Below are positions 50,430 through 62,969 of a stretch of 64,000 nt of DNA, piece after piece. The stretch spans positions 358,112,001 to 358,176,000 of the forward strand of contig NW_027362762.1 of assembly GCF_046119375.1 (NCBI RefSeq), given 5' to 3'. The notes beneath the pieces are model-generated. The model saw only the letters and a list, made by a program, of their open reading frames with translations, ran no database searches and was not told where the DNA came from. Numbering within the stretch: position 1 is the stretch's first letter; every line of letters starts with the position of its first letter. Source of the DNA: Phyllobates terribilis (taxonomy: Eukaryota). The position numbers and the translations under genes were made by a program.

Positions 50430-52500
50430 ATTCTGTGCCGTACCTCTGGGTTCAAAATGTTCACTATACACCTTAATAAAATCCTTGAGGGGTATAGTTT
50501 GGACACTTGTGGGGGAGCTCCACTGTTTAGGCACATCACGGGCTCTTCAAACGCGACATGGTGTCCGCTAACAAATTGAATGGAAAATCGGCTCAAATTG
50601 TTAGCGGACGCCATGTTGCGTTTGGAGAGCCCCTGTGTGCCCAAACATTGGAGCTCCCCCACAAGTGACCCCATTTTGGAAACTAGATCCCCCAAGGCAC
50701 CTATCTAGATGCATAGTGAGCACTTGGAATCCCCAGGTGCTTCACAAATTGATTCGTAAAAATGAAAAAGTGAAAAAAAAAACACTTTTTCATTTTTATG
50801 AATCAATTTGTGAAGCACCTGGGGTTCCAAGTGCTCACTATGAATCTAGATAGGTGCCTTGGGGGGTCTAGTTTCCAAAATGGGGTCACTTGTGGGGGAG
50901 CTCCAATGTTTGGGCACGCAGGGACTCTCTAAATGCAACATGGTATCCGCTAACAAATTGAATGGAAAATCGGCTCAAATTGTTAGCGGACACCACATTG
51001 CGTTTGGAGAGCCCCTCTGTGCCCAAACTTTGGAGCTCCCCCACAAGTGACCCCATTTTGGAAACTAGACCCCCCAAGGCACCTTTCTAGATGCATAGTG
51101 AGCACTTGGAACCCCCAGGTGCTTCACAAATTGATTCGTAATAATGAAAAAGTGAAAAAAAAACACTTTTTCATTTTTATGAATCAATTTGTGAAGCACC
51201 TGGGGTTCCAAGTGCTCACTATGAATCTAGATAGGTGCCTTGGGGGGTCTAGTTTCCAAAATGGGGTCACTTGTGGGGGAGCTCCAATGTTTGGGCACAC
51301 AGGGACTCTCCAAATGCAACATGATATCCGCTAACAAATTGTCGGCTCAAATTGTTAGCGGATATCATGTTGCATTTGGAGAGTCCCTGTGTGCCCAAAC
51401 ATTGGAGCTCCCCAACAAGTGACCCCATTTTGGAAACTAGACCCCCCAAGGCACCTATCTAGATGCATAGTGAGCACTTGGAACCCCTAGGTGCTTCGCA
51501 AATTGATTTGTAAAAATGAAAAAGTGTTTTTTTTTTCACTTTTTCATTATTACGAATCAATTTGTGAAGCACCTGGGGGTTCCAAGTGCTCACTATGCAT
51601 CTAGAAAGGTGCCTTGGGGGGTCTAGTTTCCAAAATGGGGTCACTTGTGGGGGAGCTCCAAAGTTTGGGCACAGAGGGGCTCTCCAAACGCAATGTGGTG
51701 TCCGCTAACAATTTAAGCCGATTTTCCATTCAATTTTTTAGCGGATACCATGTTGCATTTAGAGAGTCCCTGTGTGCCCAAACATTGGAGCTCCCCCACA
51801 AGTGACCCCATTTTGGAAACTAGACCCCCCAAGGCACCTATCTAGATGCATAGTGAGCACTTGGAACCCCTAGGTGCTTCACAAATTGATTCGTAAAAAT
51901 GAAAAAGTGTTTTTTTTTTTCACTTTTTCATTATTACGAATCAATTTGTGAAGCACCTGGGGGTTCCAAGTGCTCACTATGCATCTAGAAAGGTGCCTTG
52001 GGGGGTCTAGTTTCCAAAATGGGGTCACTTGTGGGGGAGCTCCAAAGTTTGGGCACAGAGGGGCTCTCCAAACGCAATGTGGTGTCCGCTAACAATTTGA
52101 GCCGATTTTCCATTCAATTTGTTAGCGGATACCATGTTGCATTTAGAGAGTCCCTGTGTGCCCAAACATTGGAGCTCCCCCACAAGTGACCCCATTTTGG
52201 AAACTAGACCCCCCAAGGCACCTATCTAGATGCATAGTGAGCAGTTGGAACCCCCAGGTGCTTCACAAATTGATTCATAACAATGAAAAAGTGGTTTTTT
52301 TTTCACTTTTTCATTTTTACGAATCAATTTGTGAAGCACCTGGGGGTTGCAACTGCTCACTATGCATCTAGATAGGTGCCTTGGGGGGTCTAGTTTCCAA
52401 AATGGGGTCACTTGTGGGGGAGCTCCAATGTTTGGGCACACAGGGGCTCTCTAAACGCAACATGGTGTCCGCTAATTATTCAAGCAAATTTTACAATCAA
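50430..52500. repeat. Array of ~190-bp units in alternating orientation (period ~380 bp)
   Basis: GGGGGTCTAGTTTCCAAAATGGGGTCACTTGTGGGGGAGCTCC and its reverse complement alternate; mirror ORFs in the ORF track. Confidence 0.92.
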
Positions 52501-53329
52501 AAAGTCAAATGGCGCTCTTTCCCTTCCGAGCCCTACAGTGCGCCCAAACAGTGTTTTTTCCCCAAATATTGGGTATCTGCGTGCCCAGGGGAAATTGCAC
52601 AACAAATTTTGCGGTCCATTTTTTCTTGTTACCCCTGTGAAAATAAAAAAAATTGGGTCTAAAGTAACATTTTTGTGAAAAAAGTTAAATGTTCATTTTT
52701 TTCTTCCACATTCAAAAAATTCCTATGAAGCACCTGAAGGGTTAATAAAGTTCTTGAATGTGGTTTTGAGCACCTTGAGGGGTGCAGTTTTTAGAATGGT
52801 GTCACTTTTGGGTATTCATAAAGACCTCTCAAAGTGACTTCAAATGTGATGTGGTCCCTAAAAAAATGGTTTTGTAAATTTTGTTGGAAAAATGAGAAAT
52901 CGCTGGTCAACTTTTAACCCTTATAGCTCCCTAACAAAAAAAAATTTTGGTTCCAAAATTGTGCTGATGTAAAGTAGACATGTGGGAAATGTTATTTATT
53001 AACTCTTTTGTGTGACATATCGCTCTGATTTCAGGGCTTAAAAATTCAAATTTTGAAAATTGCAAAATTTTCAAAATTTTTGCCAAATTTCCGTTTTTTT
53101 CACAAATAAACGCAAGTGATATCGAAGGAATTTTTGCACAATCATGAAGTACAATATGTCACGAAAAAACAGTCTCAGAATCAGGGGGATCCGTTGAAGC
53201 GTTCCAGAGTAATTACCTCATAAAGTGACAGTGGTCAGAATTGTAAAAATTGGCCCGGTCATTAACGTGCAAACCACCCGCGGGGCTTAAGGGGTTAAAG
53301 GCTGTTTCTTTCCTTGCACATTCATCTTT

Positions 53330-54185
53330 AACCCCTTAAAGACCGTAGGTTTTTTTGCTCCCCTTCTTCCCAGAGTCATAACTTAGTTATCTTTCCGTCA
53401 ACATGGCCATGGGAGGGCTTGTCTTTTGCGGGACGAGTTGTACTTTTGAACAACAGCATTGGTTTTACCATATCATGTACTGGAAAACGGCAAAAAAATT
53501 CCAAGTGTGGTGAAATTGCAAAAAAGTGCAATTCCACAATAGTTTTTTTTTTTTATATATACAATGTTCACTAAAAGCTAAAACTGACCTGCCATTGTGA
53601 TTCTCCAGGTCGTTATGGATTTTTTTAAAAAAGAGCATTTTCCGAGACCCGTAGCATCTCCATTTTTTGGGATCTGGGGCTGCTTGAGGGCTTATTTTGT
53701 GCGCCGAGCTGAAGTTTTTATTGATACATTTTGGGATAGATACGATGTTTTAATTGCCTGTTATTGCATTTTATTGCAATGTTGAATCGACCAAAAACCC
53801 GTAATTCTGGCATTTTGATTCTTTTTCTCTTTACGCCGTTTACCAATCGGATTAATTCTTTTTATATTTTGATAGATCGGGCGATTCTGAACTCGGGGAT
53901 ACCAAATATGTGTGTATTTGATTTTTTTAATTGTTTAATTTGAATGGGGCAAAGGGGGGTGATTTGAACTTTTTATATATTTTATTTTTTTTTTATATAT
54001 TTTTAAAAACTTTTTTTTTTTTCCTTTTCACATGCTTCAGTAGTCTCCTTAGTGCTACAAATAGCTGAAGCCCTACTATGTGTAACAAAAAATGCTCATC
54101 TGAGGTTGACAGCGGCATTTAACTATTTAACAGCCGCGGATGGATCGTGATTCCAGCCATGGCTGTTAGGGGCACATGACAGCTG
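53330..54185. mobile_element. Partial non-autonomous piggyBac-like element
   Basis: TTAACCCCTTAAAGACC start; inverted homology to 11851-12950. Confidence 0.65.
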
Positions 54186-54503
54186 ATCTCTGGAATAAAA
54201 CATTGGATCACAGATATCAAGGTATCGCTTTATTCAACTTTCTATGACTTGCATGTCCATATAGACCGATTAGGGGGGTTGATCCTAATGACGATTTCCC
54301 TTTAAAAAGGGAATCTGTCAGCAGGTTTTTGCTACTTCATCTGAAAGAGCAGCATGATGTAGGCAAAGCCACCCTTAATCCAATGGTGTATCACTTAGAT
54401 TACTGGGTACAGCTCTTATAAAATATGTTTTAATACAAGTTTTTAGATTTAGCAATGCAGCAGAGCTGAGAAAACTGCCCCCATCCACACCAGGCTCTTT
54501 ATA

Positions 54504-56064
54504 CACTGTGTGCAGAATTATTAGGCAAATGAGTATTTTGATCACATGATACTTTTTATACATGTTGTCCTACTCCAAGCTGCATAGGCTTGAGAGCCAA
54601 CTACCAATTAAGTAAATCTGGTGATGTGCATCTCTGTAATGAGGAGGGGTGTTGACTAATGACATCAACACCCTATATAAGGTGTGCTTAATTATTAGGC
54701 AACTTCCTTTCCTTTGGCAAAATGGGTCAGAAAGAGAGATTTGACGGGCTCTGAAAAGTCCAAAATTGTGAGATGTCTTGCAGAGGGATGCAGCAGTCTT
54801 CAAATTTCCAAGCTTTTGAAGCGTGATCACCGAACAATCAAGCGTTTCATGGCAAATAGCCAACAGGGTCGCAAGAAGCGTGTTGGCCAAAAAAGGCGCA
54901 AAATAACTGCCCATGAATTGAGGAAAATCAAGCGTGAAACTGCCAAGATGCCATTCGCCACCAGTTTTGTCATATTTCAGAGCTGCAACATTACTGGAGT
55001 ATCAAAAAGCACAAGGTGTGCCATACTCAGGGACATGGCCAAGGTAAGGAAGGCTGAAGAATGACCACCTTTGAACAAGAAACAAGATAAAACGTCAAGA
55101 ATGGGCCAAAAAATATCTTAAAACTGATTTTTCAAAGGTTTTATGGACTGATGAAATGAGAGTGACTCTTGATGGGCCAGATAGATGGGCCAGAGGCTGG
55201 ATCAGTAAAGGGCAGAGAGCTCCACTCCGACTCAGACGCCAGCAAGGTGGAGGTGGGGTACTGGTATGGGCTGGTATCATCAAAGATGAACTTGTGGGAC
55301 CTTTTCGGGTTGAGGATGGAGTGAAGCTGAACTCCCAGACCTACTGCCAGTTTCTGGAAGACAACTTCTTCAAGCAGTGGTACAGGAAGAAGTTGGTATC
55401 GTTCAAGAAAAACATGATTTTCATGCAGGACAATGCTCCATCACATGCATCCAACTACTCCACAGCGTGGCTGGCCAGTAAAGGTCTAAAAAAAGAAAAA
55501 ATAATGACATGGCCCCCTTGTTCACTTGATCTGAACCCCATAGAGAACCTGTGGTCCATCATAAAATGTGAGATCTACAGGGAGGGAAAACAGTACACCT
55601 CTCGGAACAGTGTCTGGGAGGCTGTGGTGGCTGCTGCACGCAATGTTGATCAAAAACAGATCAAGCAACTGATAGAATCTATGGATGGAAGGCTGTTGAG
55701 TGTCATCATAAAGAAAGGTGGCTATATTCATCACTAATTTTTTTTTGTTTTTGCTTTTGCATGTCAGAAATGTTTATTTCTAAATTTTGTGCACTGATAT
55801 TGGTTTACCTGGTGAAAATAAGCAAGTGAGATGGGATTATATTTGGTTTTTATTAAGTTGCCTAATAATTCCGCACAGTAATAGTTACCTGCACAAACAG
55901 ATATCCTCCTAAGATAGCCAAATCGAAAAAAAGCCCACTCCAACTTCCAAAAATATTAAGCTTGGATATTTGAGTCGTTTGGGTTGATTGAGAACATAGT
56001 TGTTGATCAATAATAAAAAATAATCCTCTAAAATACAACTTGCCTAACAATTCTGCACACAGTG
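54504..56064 (+). mobile_element. Tc1-superfamily DD37E (TRT-like) transposon, near full length (1561 bp), inserted in a T2-type MITE
   Basis: TA flanks; TIRs CACTGTGTGCAGAATTATTAGGCAA. Transposase ~54722-55737 (LWTDEMRVTLDGPD, MQDNAPSH, DLNPIENLW; 37 residues between D2 and E) with frameshifts and a TGA at 55062. Confidence 0.92.
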
Positions 56065-57894
56065 TATACAATGTCTGTAGACAGTGAGCGGCTTATCACA
56101 TGAGGGAGCGGAGGTGGACTTGTGCTGCTGTGTCCGAGCAAGTATAAGCTCCTGGTGCTAAAACAATCATCGCAACCACGTTGTGCCGATTGGAGCAGAG
56201 GGGGAGCTTCCTCCCTCTGCTATGCTGATCGATGTCATGATCACTATTAGCAGCATCAGAGGGGTTAAACTCCTGTATTCGGCACTAGCACCGATTGTGG
56301 GAAATGCTGCGGGGTGTCAGATCTCGTATAGAGCTGACACACACTTTTGATCGCGCCGGAGCTTGGAGCGAGCCCGCATGATTGTCACGCCGTACATATC
56401 CGGCAGTTTGCAGAAACGCACCCACTGCAGCACCGTACATGTACAGCGGATGTCGTGAAGGGGTTAATGTAGTCTGTGGCCATAAATCAGCTGAGAGGAT
56501 CTCACAATTAGAGTAGTAGGTTGATGGACTGGTCTGGTCACATGCTCCTCCACCAGCAGCCATTGTATGGACAGATGTGCTGGTCAGTTCGTGAGGAAAA
56601 TTGCACTAACAGAAGACCGTGGCCGACCTCTCTACCTGAGAATCCGCCACTGAGCTCATTCTTGTTTTATACTTGATACAGATGTTTATAGCACTGTGTG
56701 ATGGTGGATGGCTGATGGGTAATCTCATTAAAAAAAAAAGTCTCCTTTTCTGTCATAGCCTTTTATAGACAGAAAATAAGTAAATCACCACTCAACAGAG
56801 AACCAGAAAGCAGATGGCCAGGACCGTGATCAATTGGCTGGGGGAACATAGGGGCAGTATTAGTAGTTTATGTTACTTACTGTATAATAACTAATTTTAA
56901 CCATGAGAGGCTCCATGATGTATCATTGCAACAGAGCGGGTGTATGGAGTGGGCTCAGGAACTGAGTTATCTCCACACAAGGCTGATTTTTTCTGTTAGG
57001 TTTTGTAACAATGATGAGTTTTTGGTGAGTTTCTGATGCTATATACTTTCGCTGAGCCAAATATGCAATGTCTCACAGTTTCAGCAAAGTGATTGAGCAT
57101 GAGATTTCTATAAATCCCAATGTGCTTTTTTTTTCCCCTTTACACAGTGTAAACTGACCTACAGTGTATGTTTGAAATCCTTAACATGTCAATTTTGCTT
57201 GCAGGTACGCTGAGTTGTATGTGCAACGCATGTAAACAGAACATGACTGCATCAAAAAAAAAAGTTTAGTCAAATTCAAATACCTGGACGTATCATAAAG
57301 AGAGCAGTTTTATTTAAAACATGACATACCAAAAAGACAAACTGTAGCACTCAAGAACGTAATGGAAAAAAAACTCACAAGTAATCTAACGTACATAATA
57401 GGTGCAGAAAATCTACATCATCAGAAACTCACCAAATACTCATTGTGAGAACAAAGCCTTCTAAAGCCAGAATCTGCCTCTAACAGCAGCAAGTAAAGCG
57501 CTGTTCTCTGCTGTTAACCCTTTAATTGCTGCTGTTAATAACTTAACAGCTCCATTTAAGCCACAAGATGCTGCCTGGACATCTGTTCCATGCGCCTACC
57601 TGACATGATTGCAGGCTTAATACTCTTATGGGGACTAAAACAGATTAAAAAAATAAACATAAAAAATGTATATACAGTCCTTTACAAAAGTTTTAGTCAA
57701 GTGTGGAAAAATTGCTGCAAAATACGAATGCTTTCAAAAATGGAAGTTAATATATAATTTTTGTTAGTGTTTTTTTTTTCTTTTAAATCTATGAACAAAA
57801 GAGAGATTTAAATCAAACCAATATTTGGTGTGCTGACTCTTTGCTTTCAAAGCAGCAATTCTACTTGGGACACAGTTTTTTCAAGAGATTCTGT

Positions 57895-58267
57895 TACCAG
57901 AAATAACGCTATTAACGCTGCGGGGAGAAAATTAACTTTATTTCCCCTGGCAGCATTTAGGTTTCAAGTCACGGGGCGGCGCTGGTTCAGTCACCGCTCT
58001 AAGAATACAGAGCAGTAGCTATAACCATACCCCCGGCCCTGACTGACAGCTGAGCCCCAATGCAGAACTAGTGTCGGTCAGTGCTGGGGGCTCGGTTACA
58101 GCCACCGCTCTGTATACTCAGAGGAGTTGTCTGAACCCACGCCGGTGCCGCTCCCATGACTGGAACTTGAACGCTGCCGGGGAGAATAAAGTTAATCTCC
58201 CTGCAGCGCTTGGCTAACGGGCTCCGGGCAGGTTAATAGCGTTTTTTCTGGTGACAGGTTCCCTTTA
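57895..58267. mobile_element. T2/Kolobok-type MITE
   Basis: Internal palindrome; ends TGACAGGTTCCCTTTAG; related to 13636-14119. Confidence 0.6.
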
Positions 58268-59639
58268 GGGCTGGTGCATAATACAGAGCACTGCAATGCA
58301 AGAAAACATTGCATTGTACTCTTTTATTAAATGTCAGTGCTCATCTGCAATTTTGTTTTTTTTCTCCGGTCAAATCGGACTGAGGAAAAAAATGTCAAAT
58401 AAAAGCTGACATTTCATCAGCCAAGTACAGTAGATTCAGAGCCAAAGCCCTCAGAATAGAATAGATACATAAATGTCCTGTAGATATTTAATGTCACAAG
58501 CCCTCTACGTATAATAAGGGCACTAAAGAGTGTTTAGCCTTATTAAACCTATTAAATAATTAAAAAAAAATGATGTGGGGCACCCCCCCCCCCCCCCTTA
58601 CTTTTGATAACCAGCCAAGTTAAAGCAGACAACTGCGGGCTTATGTTAGCAGGCTGGCAAGGACCCTGGTTATTGGACCCTTCCCAGCCTAAAAAAACAC
58701 ACCCGCAGCCACCCCATAATTGGCGCATCACATGACCTCGTTGGAGGTCCGACATAATCCATGGTGTTCCCACTGATTCAGTACTTCAACCTATGGAGTG
58801 TTGTTCTGAGAATGATGCTTCATAGGTCACTCCCGGTCATGTCTGGCGAGCGCTGACGTCAGTAACATCTTTGCTCATTTGACATGAGGAATTGACTTAT
58901 GGTTGCTGAGCAGAATCAAAGCTGCCGGCTCGAGCGAGATAAAGCGGCTCTGACATCAGTAACTACATCGGTCATCAGAGTCGCTGAGTCTCATAGAGGT
59001 CTGTAGGACTCAACCACTGATGAGCAACATCTGAGCTATTTTTGATACACGAATGTGAGCAAGCCCTTAAAGGGACTCGGTGGGGAGGATGTCGTAAACA
59101 TCTTGGAGAAGTAACAACATATCTTCTGTGGATGAAAGCTTGTGCAAACCCTTCTGTCTTCCACACAGATCATAACTTCTTATTCTTCACGCTGAGGATA
59201 GTTCTTCAATCAATTGGCTGACCCCAAACATTGTCTCGCTCCGGAATGAATTCAGAACTTCCACCTTGCTTCACTGTTGGTTGCCTACAGACATTCACCA
59301 TTGTACTGCTCTCCTGACCTATGGCAAACAAGCAGCCTTCTGTTACAGCCAAATATATCAAATGTTGGCAGTAACAGAAGTCCAGAGCAGTAGCATAGCC
59401 ACGAGGGGGGGGGATTTGTGCTTCGGAAAAGACTCCATTGGGAAAAAAATAATTACGCACTATCCTGCCTGCTGTGTGCTCCTCTGTGTTTTATAATAAA
59501 GCTTTTTGTAGTGAAAAGAAATAAATGAATAAGAACAGAAGTCGTCTGCCTTCTGCTGTGTGCTCCTTCGTGTTTACAATAAAGCTTTGTGAAGTAGATT
59601 GAAAAAAAAAAAGGTCTAACACAACCATAGAGACAAGTG

Positions 59640-59764
59640 TAATCCTGAGCGTACGCATAAGACTGTCTAGGCTGCGCTGCCTGCACTCTATGGTTACGCG
59701 GCTGGACGGAGGCTCGGCTTGTGGAAGGTCTGACGTCATGGCTGTCTAGTTAGCGCCGAGAAAG
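59640..59764 (+). promoter_or_regulatory. PCNP promoter/5'UTR region
   Basis: CpG-rich, TGACGTCA at ~59732, directly upstream of AAGATGGCG start. Confidence 0.55.
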
Positions 59765-62505
59765 ATGGCGGATATGAAGGAGCTACAAGGAGGTGATATG
59801 GAGAGTGTGTGATGGCGATGCGTGTTCTGTGCGGGTGTGTGGTGGAGAGGAGTGCGGCGTGTGCTGGGGATGGCTGCGGTGCAGTGCGGGTCACACAGAG
59901 TCGTACATGGCGTGCTGCTGATACACTGACACTATGTGACACTATGTGCCGTGTGGGTTGCTGCCTACACTATTAATATGGTGAATTTTGGTATTTTTTG
60001 TGGTTGCTGTTCCCATCATTCAGCTCAGTAACAAAATGCTCATCTTGGTAAGTTGTTTCAACTTCACCAGGACCCGAAGAAGACGCAGAAATCCCAGTGA
60101 ACACTAAGCCTGTTTCTTCCAGTAATGGAGGGGAGAGCTCGGGCCGCGGCACGGAGAAGAGGTCAGCAGTCGCCTCGGCGGAGGAGGCTGGCTCCGAGCC
60201 CTGCCCATCCAAAGTGGCCAAGTTCGGCTTTGCGTTTGGAGGTCAGGCTGCGAAGAAGCCGCCGTCCATATCGATAAAGCTCGGCTCGGCGGTACGTACC
60301 CGGTGTTCATGGGCGGAGGTGCGGAATAAAGGCTTCTACCTTCGCTTGTAATGTAGGGTATCCTGGAAATACAGGAGCCCATATTAAAAGCTGTTACCAT
60401 GGAATGTAGCACTGGCTCCAGCTCCTACTGAGAGTCGGATGACGTGGGCAGCCATGAAACAGCTAAATGGCTGCATACTCCTGCCTGTATAGCGGGGTCC
60501 TGAACTCGGACCCCTCCTGTTATGGCGGCTGTATCGGTCCATTTATTTTCTATTCGTAGATTAACTGAAATTGTCACCAGATGCTGTGAAGTTATCGGTA
60601 CCTTCCTGCTTATCCCCTGTGGGAACAGTGATAAAACCCTACTGATTGTCACCAAGAAATAGTTGTCTCTTGGTTATCGTAATCCAGAGGAAATGAAAAA
60701 ATTAGTATTGGGCTAAAAATATACTTTTTAATTGGCTGTCTGAAGAATATAAGGAGGCAATATAGTGGAGTCTCTGGCATAGACTAATTATTGAATGTAT
60801 GGGTTGTCTCTATTCACCTCTTGACAATGGTGGGAAGAAGGATCAGGCATGTTAAATTTCAGCATGCCCAATCCTTTCTTCCTGCTGTACATATGCTGGT
60901 GCCATTGTAAGCTGATGCATGTTCAGCCAAATGTGCATGTCCCACTGCGTTTGGGGCCATTGTCAGGATGGATTCCTGTCACCGTACACCATACAGAGCC
61001 ATTGTAAAGAGGGGAATATGTTTCATTGTTGTATCAGTCTGCTGCACTTTTTTATACAGTTAAATGGTATGCAGAAAGAGGCAGAAACCCCACTTTTGGC
61101 CTCCATGTGGTGAATAGGGTCCTATGGTAATGTTACAGTATGTCGGGGAAGGTCCTGACATACATTGTAAAGTGTGGTCCTTGCCTCGATGTCTGGAGGA
61201 AACTCCATCAGAAATGACCCTTCAGCTAAAACAGCTGTCTGGAAGTTGCACCAATCTTCATCTTCTCAAAGTCTTGCAATTTGCTGTCTGGCCAGGTTGT
61301 AGCTATTCTCGCATTATTAGTGAATGATCTTTTTCTTTTTTAGAAACCGAAGGATATACCTCCTGCCGCAGTCCCCAAAAAAACCTCTGTGGCAGCAGCG
61401 TTTAATGATGAGGATGATGTAAGTATGCACATCCAATTGTGTGCCCCCTTCAAGACTTGTTGAGTTGACATGTCTGCAGTGCCTTTTGTTTATAGCGTTT
61501 AGGCTATGTGCCCATGATCAGGCAATAGCGGCACTTTAGACGCACTCTATTTTCACTGCTTCCAAAGCACTGTGTCCGATCGAGCAGGTAAATCCGAATG
61601 TGTTCATTGAACACATGCGGAGTTACCGCACCCTATACATTCAATTGGGGAAATTTCTGTTGCGGAGACCAGCGTCTCCTCAACAGAGATTTACATGCTG
61701 CGGCTTGTAAAGCCACGCCGCTGGTGAGTTTATGCGGCGTCAAATAGAAGTACAGTGGGCATGGGATTTCTTTAAATCCAATCCACTGTGCTTCTACTGT
61801 ACAACGTAGTGTTGTGGAAGCAGCGCAAGTGCGCTTCGTCCAAAACGCTGCAAATCCTGATTGTGGGCACATACCCTTATCGTTGGTGAACATAAATAAA
61901 TCGGGTGGGATACAGAGTTGCTGAAATCTGGGCACAATGGTGTTTGGATTTGCCATGAATCCAAAAGAGAATGCAGCTGCTGGGACAGCAGGGAGATTTA
62001 ACCCATAATATACTTTTTTTCTCAATATTTTATCTCCTCTATACTTCTCTTGGACAAATTTGTCAAAAAGGTGAAAACCCCTTTTTAATTTATGAGGGTT
62101 GGTGTGTTGCAAATCGCCATTCCTATACAGGTATATGGCCTATTTTTGTTTTCACAATACATCTCCATCTGTTGAACACAGGCTGTTTCGTTGCCTCTTC
62201 TCATGGCTGAAAGGATTGGTCCTTTTGTCTGTAGAGTATGGAAACATCTATGTTGAAATGCACAGAACTAGCTCCAAGCAGTACATTAGCAGCTTGGGTC
62301 TTATGTTCCAGTATCAGGTAGCTACATTCTTTTCATCCTTTACAGCTCAGTGGCTAAAGAGGCCGAAACGTGATTCTTCCCGTACATATGCTGCCTCGTG
62401 TTTTAGAAATGCAGGCTGTATTTCATGTAGATAACGTTACTATTTGCAGAGTGAACCTGAAGAAATGCCCCCAGAAGCAAAGATGAGGATGAAAAATATT
62501 GGAAG
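59765..62505 (+). CDS. PCNP: PEST proteolytic signal-containing nuclear protein, exons 1-4 (59765-59792, 60071-60291, 61344-61418, 62450-62505); last exon not found in the window
   Basis: MAD...G / [24 protein letters not shown]...KFGFAFG...ISIKLGSA / KPKD...[11 protein letters not shown] / [18 protein letters not shown](R). Canonical splice sites and consistent phases. Exon 1 donor is weaker. Confidence 0.93.
61502..61876. mobile_element. PIF/Harbinger-type MITE in PCNP intron 3
   Basis: TTA TSD on both sides; TIRs GGCTATGTGCCCA / TGGGCACATACCC. Confidence 0.8.
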
Positions 62506-62969
62506 GTACTGTTCACTTTCTGTAATCCTTTGGAGTTACACTGCCCCCTACAGGAGCTTCTTTGTATGCGATTGCACTGACTCTGAAAATGTTTTACTTC
62601 TGTTTTCCTGATTTGTAAAAATATTTCACGACTAAAAAAATAGATCGATATAGTGCTGGCTGGTACAACTGCCAAACTGTTAGGCTAACTTTGGACATGA
62701 TGTGCCGCCTTCCACAAGTAATACCTGATGCTGCTTATTAGGCCATGCATCAGTACAATACGTCAGTTGTGGGGGCAATTGTGCATCAGGAGACATTGTC
62801 CTGTTCTGGAGGCCATTACATGCCTTACTGCACCCACTGACCCGAGTTTATTCGGCCACCTAATAAAAGATTAGTTGTGATTCTCCTCTTAATCAATGAC
62901 ATGTCCCTATAGAATTGGTTAGCGTCTTCTGGACCCTTATGATCATCGGTGGACTTGTATATCAGTAGT

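Larger units (their letters stand above)
48534..53294. mobile_element. Large non-autonomous piggyBac-like element (~4.76 kb)
   Basis: TTAA TSDs (48530-33, 53295-98), CCCCTTAA/TTAAGGGG termini, no transposase; internal palindromic array. Confidence 0.8.

Noticed and set aside
50417-52678. Repeated MGGLVSKMGSLVGELQ... and MTPFWKLDPP... ORFs on both strands
   Set aside because: Translations of the palindromic non-coding array in the piggyBac-like element
58975-59500. Possible antisense coding exon upstream of PCNP
   Set aside because: No recognisable homology, in-frame stops, and no convincing splice-site pair
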